Shown here: piece by piece, positions 36,301 to 47,726 of the stretch | Layout of the letters: each line of letters begins with the position of its first letter | Numbering within the stretch: position 1 is the first letter of the stretch | Program-made: the position numbers and the translations under genes | From: Tubulanus polymorphus | Taxonomy: Eukaryota; Animalia; Nemertea | Length of the DNA stretch: 64,000 bases | NCBI RefSeq assembly: GCF_964204645.1 | Contig: NC_134027.1 | Coordinates: 24,328,560 to 24,392,559, forward strand | Direction: 5' to 3' | Notes under the pieces: generated by a model | What the model was told of the DNA's origin: nothing | The model's database searches: none | Seen by the model: the letters and a program-made list of their open reading frames with translations, nothing else

Positions 36301-37353
36301 GCGGGCTTTTCGACCGCTCCGCCTCTGACCACCGGTCGCGGCTAGCCGATCTATCGCGCCGTGACCGGTCGTAGCTCGTATCACGTGATCGGTCGTAACT
36401 GGAGGCCGATCTGTCACGTGTCCGGTCGAAGCTCGTCGATCTGTCACGCGACCGGTCGAAGCTCGTCGATCTATCACGTGACCGGTCGTAGCTGGCTGAT
36501 CTGCCACTCGATTCGCCATCGATGTTGTCGTAGCTCGTGGAACGGGTATCGTAACCGGGGCTCAGCGAACGGGATCTGCTGGATTTCCCCGTCTCCGGGA
36601 TGACCGTTTGGTGGAATTTATTCAACGCTTTTTCGCCGAGATAATCATCAGAATCTGCGAAAATAAAAACCGGGGACTCGGGATCAGTTGCACAATGGCC
36701 TAGATTACAGACCTTTGTTCTAAAATCTAAACAACACAACACTATATTCAATAGAATATTCAATAGAAAAATAAAACTCATTCAGCGGGACCCTCCTAGT
36801 ATCATCTTTCATATTTTCCATATCAAGCAAATAGAATCACCTAATGTATCGATGATATCACACTGATGATATTTTCTGAACTGTGTCTGAATATTTTACG
36901 TGAAAAAACTTTGAACTTTGAACATCATGCGGGGATTCGTCGTCGTCCCCTCCAAGACTTTGTAAAAAAAAAAACGTTTCCTGCTGTATTTACTTGAAAA
37001 ATATAGATATTGAATCAAGGAGCAATAAATATCATATTAATCAAATCTGTCTTCATCGCGGAGTCCGAGATAAAAACAAATTCCTGCTCCGTATTTTTAC
37101 CTTCGGTTCGCCGTCCATTTTCCAACCAGGTCAGAATTTCCGAAATGATAGCGGCCGATTTCAGTTCGGAATTCTCGTTGGATAGCCTCAGTTGTTTTCT
37201 GATCAGGTAATTCTGCGCTCTCAGCCATTCGATCTCGTGTTTAATGCGATCGAGCTCGTGGTCCAGGGCGTCCCGCGGGTGGGCCTGAACTCCCGTCGAT
37301 CTCAGGTCATCGGTAAGCAACGTATCGACGCTTTCGATAGAGTTCGGTTCCAT
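33315..37353 (-). CDS. Speriolin-like (SPATC1/SPATC1L family) protein; exons 37101-37353, 36134-36654, 34859-35117, 34269-34391, 33315-33874
   Basis: The N-terminal coiled coil LRAQNYLIRKQLRLSNENSELK and the C-terminal RLLGEICFQLDRRILNYVF...FYGFTLNNI...NKYGLL...LDCLVLLANDDGKPIFIW match the speriolin N and C domains. The exons join in frame at GT-AG borders. Confidence 0.85.
34519..34668. mobile_element. Small foldback/MITE-like element in an intron
   Basis: Inverted ends: cacatgacccagggaaacagagaaaca ... tgtctccgcgtttccctgcgtcatgtg. Confidence 0.55.
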
Positions 37354-38752
37354 TTTTCAAAAAAAGCGGAATCGATAGCCTTAGGCAGGAAAAACGAATC
37401 AAACTGTCCTAATTTGGCCTTGAATATCTGCTGGCTTTTGTTTTTCCGCAGCTTACATATCCTTAATTTGTCCCAACGAGAAAAGAAACCAGAAAATGGT
37501 TACGTATGAAGTCGTTTCTATGGGTGATCTTTCAATAGCAACTTGTTGTCAAGGTTCCATTCGATCAATACGCTCGTCAATGGTTACCATAGATATTCTA
37601 AATAGAGTCCACCTCGGCGGTAACTTTTCATTTGCAATTCATTCTATCAGAACTTTGCTCTAAATACAGCATCATATACAGATTACATCGTACTCGTAAT
37701 CCATGATAAACTGAACACATTCACCCAGTCCTGTTTGATAGAGCGCCAGGATTACCAACGATCTGTTTGACTTATTGACACCCTAGAGAAGGCAAAGACG
37801 ACAGATCATTTTCAGGGAGTATCCCCTGATAGCATTTCAGGTCAAGTATCCCTAAAAATACGTATCGGAATCTCGCATGTTACCAAAATGTTAACCAATA
37901 TTGAGAGATTTGACCGTCCTTAATTTCGTCATTTTCTTTCCGCTATGAGGTATTTCAAAACAAACAGGCTTAGTTATAGGATATGAACTGAGCTTCTTGA
38001 AATGTTTTAGAAATTCGCAAATGTATAACACTATCATATCGAATCGGGTTTTTGACGAATGAATTGCGTTCATTGGCAATAATGTCTTTACTTCTCTGAT
38101 TGCCATCGCGAACTTTTGTGTTTTACAGTTCATCGCAGATTGGTCAAAATATCATCCATAACTCAATGAAACATGAAGCCTTCAAGTTATGAACACAGGG
38201 GCACTGATAACACTGCCGCGTTTCCGTTAATGAGTTATTGTGCCCTCAGAAATTACTCGACTATATTTAATTGATTTTATGAATAATCGAATACAGGCAT
38301 CGCTCCTATTTTCAAGCGAGCCTTGATTGATGAGAAGAGGCTCTTGCCAATCCAAGTTCGAATCCCATGTATTTTCGTACCAACGTACTGGTTCTTACAA
38401 CTTTCAAACCTAAAGGTACCTTTTGTCAAAACCGTTTCTACGTACATGCATCGAATTCCTACGTGAAATCTATTTATCTGAACGCATCCGTGCGGTACCC
38501 AAACCTTCACAACGTTCATACCACATTATGCGCTGTTGAATTTATTCATTTCTTCGACAGTTATCAAAACAACAAAACCGTCAGCCATTTATGGTGAATT
38601 TTTCATACGCAATAAATGTGTGCGATTATTTACTCTCGTGGGATTTATTTGAATCAAATAAATTACATAAAACTACTGATGACGGTATAAAAATGCATTG
38701 TATTTCTACTCATTCCGGACCCGATCCGCCAAATTTGTTTTGTGGTGCAGGA

Positions 38753-39823
38753 CTACAGTTTGCTGTTTGTAGTTCCACGAATCACATTGGTTACAATATC
38801 AGCAGCTACTTTTCTGAATTTTTCATTTGTTACACAATACACGATAAAATTTACAGATGAATCGATGATAGAAAATCCTAACGCTATCAGGCTCATTGTG
38901 TTTACCCTTGGGATGTAACTTAATCTCATTAAACGGTCGATAAAACCAAAACCTTCGCAAATGATGAACAACAAAACTACTGATAAAACCATCCTTAAAA
39001 CCCCCATTTCCCTTCTAGACGATTCATCGGTTATACCGAGCTCTGTACGTCGAGTAACCCGACGGTAAAATATCGCAGAAATAAGAATTACATTGATGAA
39101 AACTAATAAGCTAATTGGGACCATGACAGTAAGATACATGAATAGATATAGGTCGGCAATACCAAAACGCCATATTTTCAGATTCAGCCTCCAGAAATAC
39201 CGGAACTTCCTAACACGCAGAGTTATATACGGCCAACTGATGGGACAATTCATGAATTCAAGATGGTGATCAGGCAAGAATTGACCACAATGTCCGCAAA
39301 AACTAACTAGTGAAATGAACAACATTGCCCTCAATGAAATCAACTTCATTGGTAATGTGCGAGATTTTATTGGAAACAATACGACGATTAACCGCTCTAG
39401 ACTGAGCAGTACAGTGCACCAGTTACGTGTCATCTGAAACATGTAGAAAAACGGCATGGCGACTGAGATGAAAATCCAACCAAAATTCCAGTCATTCATG
39501 CGAAACACAATATCCCCCAAAACCGCATAAATGTACGCAGTTCTCAGCGGATAAAGAATGAATGTAACGATCATAAACAAAAGATCGTTTACGGCAAGAA
39601 TTCTAATGAGAAAGTAAATATCAGATTTAAACTGTTTTAGAACTAACAACGTGAATGCGTTGAATATCATACCCAGCACAGACGCCGGTAGATACCAGCC
39701 TAGATACATAAAAACATTGAATTTGTTAATCCATTGAACAGGAATAGTTTGGAATCTCTGACACAGGTTGAGTTGAGATTTTGTCAATGCGGTTGTTGTG
39801 CTAGTAACGTTTTGATCAGACAT
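38753..39823 (-). CDS. Class A GPCR, FMRFamide/peptide-receptor-like orphan, copy 1
   Basis: 356-aa intronless ORF with 7 hydrophobic segments, GMIFN (TM1), LAVNDL (TM2), SLERL (DRY equivalent), SSVNFIVY (NPxxY equivalent) and KFR in helix 8. Confidence 0.93.
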   Translation of the reverse strand: MSDQNVTSTTTALTKSQLNLCQRFQTIPVQWINKFNVFMYLGWYLPASVLGMIFNAFTLLVLKQFKSDIYFLIRILAVNDLLFMIVTFILYPLRTAYIYAVLGDIVFRMNDWNFGWIFISVAMPFFYMFQMTRNWCTVLLSLERLIVVLFPIKSRTLPMKLISLRAMLFISLVSFCGHCGQFLPDHHLEFMNCPISWPYITLRVRKFRYFWRLNLKIWRFGIADLYLFMYLTVMVPISLLVFINVILISAIFYRRVTRRTELGITDESSRREMGVLRMVLSVVLLFIICEGFGFIDRLMRLSYIPRVNTMSLIALGFSIIDSSVNFIVYCVTNEKFRKVAADIVTNVIRGTTNSKL

Positions 39824-41552
39824 CTCATGAGCTGGAACCGCAATCTCTACAAAATTACCTTTAATGCGTTTCTATTTCTTAAAACGTTCACGCGTTGTGA
39901 ATAAAGGATTGAATGGATTTATGAAATAAAGAACAGTAACTGAATGCAATTCACGTCGGTCTACTGTAATTAGTGCATCGCGCATACATTGTGTCGTCTT
40001 CAACTTCTAAACCGCGTAAAATTCATTCATCACAAATTTGACAGAATTTGTGCTCGTGAATGCAGTATATTATGTATATGTATGCGCGAAACACGATAAT
40101 TTTCGTTTTACCAGATATGAATATGACGATTGTTAATATAGACGAAACAACCTGACCATCTGATGACGGCTATTAGAATGTAGCCTTGCGTGTCTGTCCA
40201 CACGATTCATGGCTCCTCCAGGTTCAAGGCTATAGGATGATGCCAAATGGTTTATGGCTGGTCCGTAGCTAACCCTGTAGATTCGGATTCAAGGGGTCTA
40301 TACTCCCAAAAAATGTTGACAAAATGTTGAATATTTCATTGAATTTACCGGTATCCTGATTCCGTCTTACGATTCGTGATGAAGATTCATTTTATAATGC
40401 CTCGAAAGAGCCTAAGAAAACACTGAAACCTCAGAATTCAAGATTTTCCACTCTTGTGATGGTTTGATCTATGAGGAATCCAATTTTTCAAGGGTTAAAC
40501 AAGATTTTTGGTCATGCTTCACAGCGGAGCCAGCCAGGGGTCCAGACGAGGTTGTGGATCAAGCACTGAGACAGTACTCTGTGGCGGATCCAGGGGTGGT
40601 TTAAAGGTCCGACCCCCCTCCTTTATCAGAAGAGTTCTTTTGTAAGAAGTTGGACCATTTATCGATTTCTGCCCTCATTACGTCAGTCTCACCTTAGGCC
40701 GACTTTCTGAATCAGGGCCGATAATAAGACTCTTAATGAAGTAATGAATACACACATTTCAATACGAACAGGTCTAGTTCAGATGTTAACTGACCTTCTC
40801 AGAATACAAAAATGAATCACAAATAAATCACAAATCGCAAATATATTACGCTGACATATTAGAATGGTTTTTCTGACGAATGAATTGCTTTTATCGGCAG
40901 TGATGTCTTCTGGAACTTGGTTCTAGAGTTCATCACAGATTTACCAAAACATCATTCATAATTCAATAGCGCTTGTAAACCGTCCAAGTTATTACCACGG
41001 GATATTGATAACACTGGTGCGTTCTCTTTAATGAGTTCTTGTTCCTTAAGAAATTAATTTTATTATTCTAACTTGATTTTATGAATTATCTAATACAGGC
41101 ATCGCTCTTTCAAGCGATCGTTGATTGATGAGAAGAGGCTCTCGCCAATCCAAGTTCGAATTCATGTATCTTCGCACCAAAACGGTTCTTACAACTTTCA
41201 AACCCAAAGGTACCTTTTGACAAGACCTTACCTAAACGGGCATGCATCGAATTCATGCGAAATCTTGCCTCTATTCATCTTAATACAACGGTGCGGTACC
41301 CAAACCTTCACAACGGTACCACATTGTGCGCTGTTGAGTATATTTATTTATTTCCTGGACAGTTATTAAAGCAATGAAACCGTCAGCTATCTATGGTGAA
41401 TTTTTCATGCGCAATAAATGTGTGTGATTTTTTACTCTCTTGGGATTAATTTGAATCAAATACATTACATAAAACTGATGACGGTAGAAAACATGTATTG
41501 TATTTCTACAAATTCAGGACCCGATCCGCCATATTTGTTTTGTGGTGCAGGA

Positions 41553-42623
41553 CTACAGTTTGCTGTCTGTAGTTCCGCGATTCCCATTGGTTACAATATC
41601 AGCAGCTACTTTTCTGAATTTTTCATTTGTTACACAATACACGATAAAATTTACTGACGAATCGACGATAGAAAATCCCAACGCTATAAGTGTCATGCCT
41701 TCAATCTTGCGGATATAGTTCAAACCCATTAAACGATCAATAAAACCAAAACCTTCGCAAATAATAAACAGCGAAACTACTGATAAAACCATCCTTAAAA
41801 CCCTCATTTCCCTTCTAGACGATTCATCAGTTACACCGAGCTCTGTACGTCGAGTAACCCGACGGTAAAATGTCACCGAAATAAGAATAACATTGATTAC
41901 AACTAAAAAGGAAATTGGGATCATGACAGTAAGATACATGAATAGATATTTTTCGGAAATAACGAAACGCCATTCGTGCAGTTTCAACTTCCAGAAATAC
42001 CGGAACTTCCTAACACGCAGAGTTATATACGGCCAACTGATGGGACAATTCATGAATTCAAGATGGTGATCAGGCAAGAATTGACCACAATGTCCGCAAA
42101 AACTAACTAGTGAAATGAACAACATTGCCGTCAATGAAATCAACTTCATTGGTAATGTGCGAGATTTTATTGGAAACAATACGACGATTAACCGCTCTAG
42201 ACTGAGCAGTACAGTGCACCAGTTACGTGTCATCTGAAACATGTAGAAAAACGGCATGGCGACTGAGATGAAAATCCAACCAAAATTCCAGTCATTCATG
42301 CGAAACACAATATCCCCCAAAACCGCATAAATGTACGCAGTTCTAAGCGGATAAAGAATGAATGTAACGATCATAAACAAAAGATCGTTTACGGCAAGAA
42401 TTCTAATGAGAAAGTAAATATCAGATTTAAACTGTTTTAGAACTAACAACGTGAATGCGTTGAATATTATACCCAGCACAGACGCCGGTAGATACCAGCC
42501 TAGATACATAAAAACATTGAATTTGTTAATCCATTGAACAGGAAAAGTTTGGAATCTCTGACACAGGTTGAGTTGAGATTTTGTCAATGCGGTTGTTGTG
42601 CTAGTAACGTTTTGATCAGACAT
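41553..42623 (-). CDS. Class A GPCR, copy 2
   Basis: 356-aa paralog with the same motifs. Confidence 0.93.
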   Translation of the reverse strand: MSDQNVTSTTTALTKSQLNLCQRFQTFPVQWINKFNVFMYLGWYLPASVLGIIFNAFTLLVLKQFKSDIYFLIRILAVNDLLFMIVTFILYPLRTAYIYAVLGDIVFRMNDWNFGWIFISVAMPFFYMFQMTRNWCTVLLSLERLIVVLFPIKSRTLPMKLISLTAMLFISLVSFCGHCGQFLPDHHLEFMNCPISWPYITLRVRKFRYFWKLKLHEWRFVISEKYLFMYLTVMIPISFLVVINVILISVTFYRRVTRRTELGVTDESSRREMRVLRMVLSVVSLFIICEGFGFIDRLMGLNYIRKIEGMTLIALGFSIVDSSVNFIVYCVTNEKFRKVAADIVTNGNRGTTDSKL

Positions 42624-44633
42624 CTCATGAGCTGGAACCGCAATCTCTACAAAATTACCTTTAATGCGTTTCTATTTCTTAAAACGTTCACGCGTTGTGA
42701 ATATAGGATTGAATGGATTTATGAAATAAAGAACAGTAACTGAATGCAATTCACGTCGGTCTACTGTAATTAGTGCATCGCGCATACATTGTGTCGTCTT
42801 CAACGAATCAAATAAACCGCGTAAAATTCATTCATCACAAATTTGACAGAATTTGTGCACGTGAATGCAGTATATTATGTATATGTATGCGCGAAACACG
42901 ATAATTTTCGTTTTACCAGATATGAATATGACGATTGTTAATATAGACGAAACAACCTGACCATCTGATGACGGCTATTAGAATGTAGCCTTGCGTGTCT
43001 GTCCACACGATTCATGGCTCCTCCAGGTTCAAGGCTATAGGATGATGCCAAATGGTTTATGGCTGGTCCGTAGCTAACCCTGTAGATTCGGATTCAAGGG
43101 GTCTATACTCCCAAAAAATGTTGACAAAATGTTGAATATTTCATTGAATTTACCGGTATCCTGATTCCGTCTTACGATTCGTGATGAAGATTCATTTTAT
43201 AATGCCTCGAAAGAGCCTAAGAAAACACTTAAACCTCAGAATTCAAGATTTTCCACTCTTGTGATGGTTTGATCTATGAGGAATCCAATTTTTCAAGGGT
43301 TAAACAAGATTTTTGGTCATGCTTCACAGCGGAGCCAGCCAGGGGTCCAGACGAGGTTGTGGATCAAGCACTGAGACAGTACTCTGTGGCGGATCCAGGG
43401 GTGGTTTAAAGGTCCGACCCCCCTCCTTTATCAGAAGAGTTCTTTTGTAAGAAGTTGGACCATTTATCGATTTCTGCCCTCATTACGTCAGTCTCAACTT
43501 AGGCCGACTTTCTGAAGGGCCGATAATAAGACTCTTAGCGACTCTGAACTGAACCCGTTCACCCAGTCTTGATGAATAGCGCTCCATCCAGGAATACCGA
43601 CTATCTGTTTAACGATGACACCCATACGGAGGGCAAAGACGACGAACCATTTTCAGGTAATATCTCCTGATATCATTTCTGGTCTAACAATTATCCCCTC
43701 AAAATACTTATTCCTCTTATAGCAGTAATAAATCTCGTATGATACCAAAATGTTTACCGATGTTGAAAGGTTTGACCGTCGTTAATTTCGTTAAACATAA
43801 TTTCATTTTCTTTCGGCTGAAGTAATGAATACACACATTTCAATACTAACAGGTCTAGTTCAGATGTTAACTGACCTTCTCAGAATACAAAAATGAATCA
43901 CAAATAAATCACAAATCGCAAATATATTACGCTGACATATTAGAATGGTTTTTCTGACGAATGAATTGCTTTTATCGGCAGTGATGTCTTCTGGAACTTG
44001 GTTCTAGAGTTCATCACAGATTTACCAAAACATCATTCATAATTCAATAGCGCTTGTAAACCGTCCAAGTTATTACCACGGGATATTGATAACACTGGCG
44101 CGTTCTCTTTAATGAGTTCTTGTTCCTTAAGAAATTAATTTTATTATTCTAACTTGATTTTATGAATTATCTAATACAGGCATCGCTCTTTCAAGCGATC
44201 GTTGATTGATGAGAAGAGGCTCTCGCCAATCCAAGTTCGAATTCATGTATCTTCGCACCAAAACGGTTCTTACAACTTTCAAACCCAAAGGTACCTTTTG
44301 ACAAGACCTTACCTAAACGGGCATGCATCGAATTCATGCGAAATCTTGCCTCTATTCATCTTAATACAACGGTGCGGTACCCAAACCTTCACAACGGTAC
44401 CACATTGTGCGCTGTTGAGTATATTTATTTATTTCCTGGACAGTTATTAAAGCAATGAAACCGTCAGCTATCTATGGTGAATTTTTCATGCGCAATAAAT
44501 GTGTGTGATTTTTTACTCTCTTGGGATTAATTTGAATCAAATACATTACATAAAACTGATGACGGTAGAAAACATGTATTGTATTTCTACAAATTCAGGA
44601 CCCGATCCGCCATATTTGTTTTGTGGTGCAGGA

Positions 44634-45704
44634 CTACAGTTTGCTGTCTGTAGTTCCGCGATTCCCATTGGTTACAATATCAGCAGCTACTTTTCTGAAT
44701 TTTTCATTTGTTACACAATACACGATAAAATTTACTGACGAATCGACGATAGAAAATCCCAACGCTATAAGTGTCATGCCTTCAATCTTGCGGATATAGT
44801 TCAAACCCATTAAACGATCAATAAAACCAAAACCTTCGCAAATAATAAACAGCGAAACTACTGATAAAACCATCCTTAAAACCCTCATTTCCCTTCTAGA
44901 CGATTCATCAGTTACACCGAGCTCTGTACGTCGAGTAACCCGACGGTAAAATGTCACCGAAATAAGAATAACATTGATTACAACTAAAAAGGAAATTGGG
45001 ATCATGACAGTAAGATACATGAATAGATATTTTTCGGAAATAACGAAACGCCATTCGTGCAGTTTCAACTTCCAGAAATACCGGAACTTCCTAACACGCA
45101 GAGTTATATACGGCCAACTGACGGGACAATTCATGAATTCAAGATGGTGATCAGGCAAGAATTGACCACAATGTCCGCAAAAACTAACTAGTGAAATGAA
45201 CAACATTGCCGTCAATGAAATCAACTTCATTGGTAATGTGCGAGATTTTATTGGAAACAATACGACGATTAACCGCTCTAGACTGAGCAGTACAGTGCAC
45301 CAGTTACGTGTCATCTGAAACATGTAGAAAAACGGCATGGCGACTGAGATGAAAATCCAACCAAAATTCCAGTCATTCATGCGAAACACAATATCCCCCA
45401 AAACCGCATAAATGTACGCAGTTCTAAGCGGATAAAGAATGAATGTAACGATCATAAACAAAAGATCGTTTACGGCAAGAATTCTAATGAGAAAGTAAAT
45501 ATCAGATTTAAACTGTTTTAGAACTAACAACGTGAATGCGTTGAATATTATACCCAGCACAGACGCCGGTAGATACCAGCCTAGATACATAAAAACATTG
45601 AATTTGTTAATCCATTGAACAGGAAAAGTTTGGAATCTCTGACACAGGTTGAGTTGAGATTTTGTCAATGCGGTTGTTGTGCTAGTAACGTTTTGATCAG
45701 ACAT
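44634..45704 (-). CDS. Class A GPCR, copy 3 (one amino acid different from copy 2)
   Basis: 356 aa, exactly 3081 bp from copy 2; CPVSW in place of CPISW. Confidence 0.92.
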   Translation of the reverse strand: MSDQNVTSTTTALTKSQLNLCQRFQTFPVQWINKFNVFMYLGWYLPASVLGIIFNAFTLLVLKQFKSDIYFLIRILAVNDLLFMIVTFILYPLRTAYIYAVLGDIVFRMNDWNFGWIFISVAMPFFYMFQMTRNWCTVLLSLERLIVVLFPIKSRTLPMKLISLTAMLFISLVSFCGHCGQFLPDHHLEFMNCPVSWPYITLRVRKFRYFWKLKLHEWRFVISEKYLFMYLTVMIPISFLVVINVILISVTFYRRVTRRTELGVTDESSRREMRVLRMVLSVVSLFIICEGFGFIDRLMGLNYIRKIEGMTLIALGFSIVDSSVNFIVYCVTNEKFRKVAADIVTNGNRGTTDSKL

Positions 45705-47726
45705 CTCATGAGCTGGAACCGCAATCTCTACAAAATTACCTTTAATGCGTTTCTATTTCTTAAAACGTTCACGCGTTGTGAATATAGGATTGAATGGATT
45801 TATGAAATAAAGAACAGTAACTGAATGCAATTCACGTCGGTCTACTGTAATTAGTGCATCGCGCATACATTGTGTCGTCTTCAACGAATCAAATAAACCG
45901 CGTAAAATTCATTCATCACAAATTTGACAGAATTTGTGCACGTGAATGCAGTATATTATGTATATGTATGCGCGAAACACGATAATTTTCGTTTTACCAG
46001 ATATGAATATGACGATTGTTAATATAGACGAAACAACCTGACCATCTGATGACGGCTATTAGAATGTAGCCTTGCGTGTCTGTCCACACGATTCATGGCT
46101 CCTCCAGGTTCAAGGCTATAGGATGATGCCAAATGGTTTATGGCTGGTCCGTAGCTAACCCTGTAGATTCGGATTCAAGGGGTCTATACTCCCAAAAAAT
46201 GTTGACAAAATGTTGAATATTTCATTGAATTTACCGGTATCCTGATTCCGTCTTACGATTCGTGATGAAGATTCATTTTATAATGCCTCGAAAGAGCCTA
46301 AGAAAACACTTAAACCTCAGAATTCAAGATTTTCCACTCTTGTGATGGTTTGATCTATGAGGAATCCAATTTTTCAAGGGTTAAACAAGATTTTTGGTCA
46401 TGCTTCACAGCGGAGCCAGCCAGGGGTCCAGACGAGGTTGTGGATCAAGCACTGAGACAGTACTCTGTGGCGGATCCAGGGGTGGTTTAAAGGTCCGACC
46501 CCCCTCCTTTATCAGAAGAGTTCTTTTGTAAGAAGTTGGACCATTTATCGATTTCTGTCCTCATTACGTCAGTCTCACCTTAGGCCGACTTTCTGAATGA
46601 GGGCCGATAATAAGACTCTTAGCGACTCTGAACTGAACCCGTTCACCCAGTCTTGATGAATAGCGCTCCATCCAGGAATACCGACTATCTGTTTAACGAT
46701 GACACCCATACGGAGGGCAAAGACGACGAACCATTTTCAGGTAATATCTCCTGATATCATTTCTGGTCTAACAATTATCCCCTCAAAATACTTATTCCTC
46801 TTATAGCAGTAATAAATCTCGCATGTTACCAAAATGTTTACCGATGTTGAAAGGTTTGACCGTCGTTAATTTCGTTAAACATAATTTCATTTTCTTTCGG
46901 CTGAAGTAATGAATACACACATTTCAATACTAACAGGTCTAGTTCAGATGTTAACTGACCTTCTCAGAATACAAAAATGAATCACAAATAAATCATAAAT
47001 CGCAAATATATTACGCTGACATATTAGAATGGTTTTTCTGACGAATGAATTGCTTTTATCGGCAGTGATGTCTTCTGGAACTTGGTTCTAGAGTTCATCA
47101 CAGATTTACCAAAACATCATTCATAATTCAACAGCGCTTGTAAACCGTCCAAGTTATTACCACGGGATATTGATAACACTGGCGCGTTTCGTTAATGAGT
47201 TCTTGTTCCTTAAGAAATTGATTTTATCATTCTAACTTGATTTTATGAATTATCTAATACAATACAGGCATCGCTCTTTCAAGCGATCCTTGATTGATGA
47301 GAAGAGGCTCTCGCCAATCCAAGTTCGAATTCATGTATCTTCGTACCAAAACGGTTCTTACAACTTTCAAACCCAAAGGTACCTTTTGACAAGACCTTAC
47401 CTAAACGGGCATGCATCGAATTCATGCGAAATCTTGCCTCTATTTATCTTAATACAACGGTGCGGTACCGTCCCAAACCTTCACAACGGTACCACATTGT
47501 GCGCTGTTGAGTATACTTATTTATTTCCTGGACAGTTATTAAAGCAATGAAACCGTCAGCTATCTATGGTGAATTTTTCATGCGCAATAAGTGTGTGATT
47601 TTTTACTCTCTTGGGATTAATTTGAATCAAATATATTACATAAAACTACTGATGACGGTACAAAACATGTATTGTATTTCTACAAATTCAGGACCCGATC
47701 CGCCATATTTGTTTTGTGGTGCAGGA

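Noticed and set aside
41121-41657. Short + strand ORFs repeated in each GPCR unit
   Set aside because: They recur only because of the tandem duplication, overlap GPCR 3' ends antisense, and their frames are not preserved in the diverged units.
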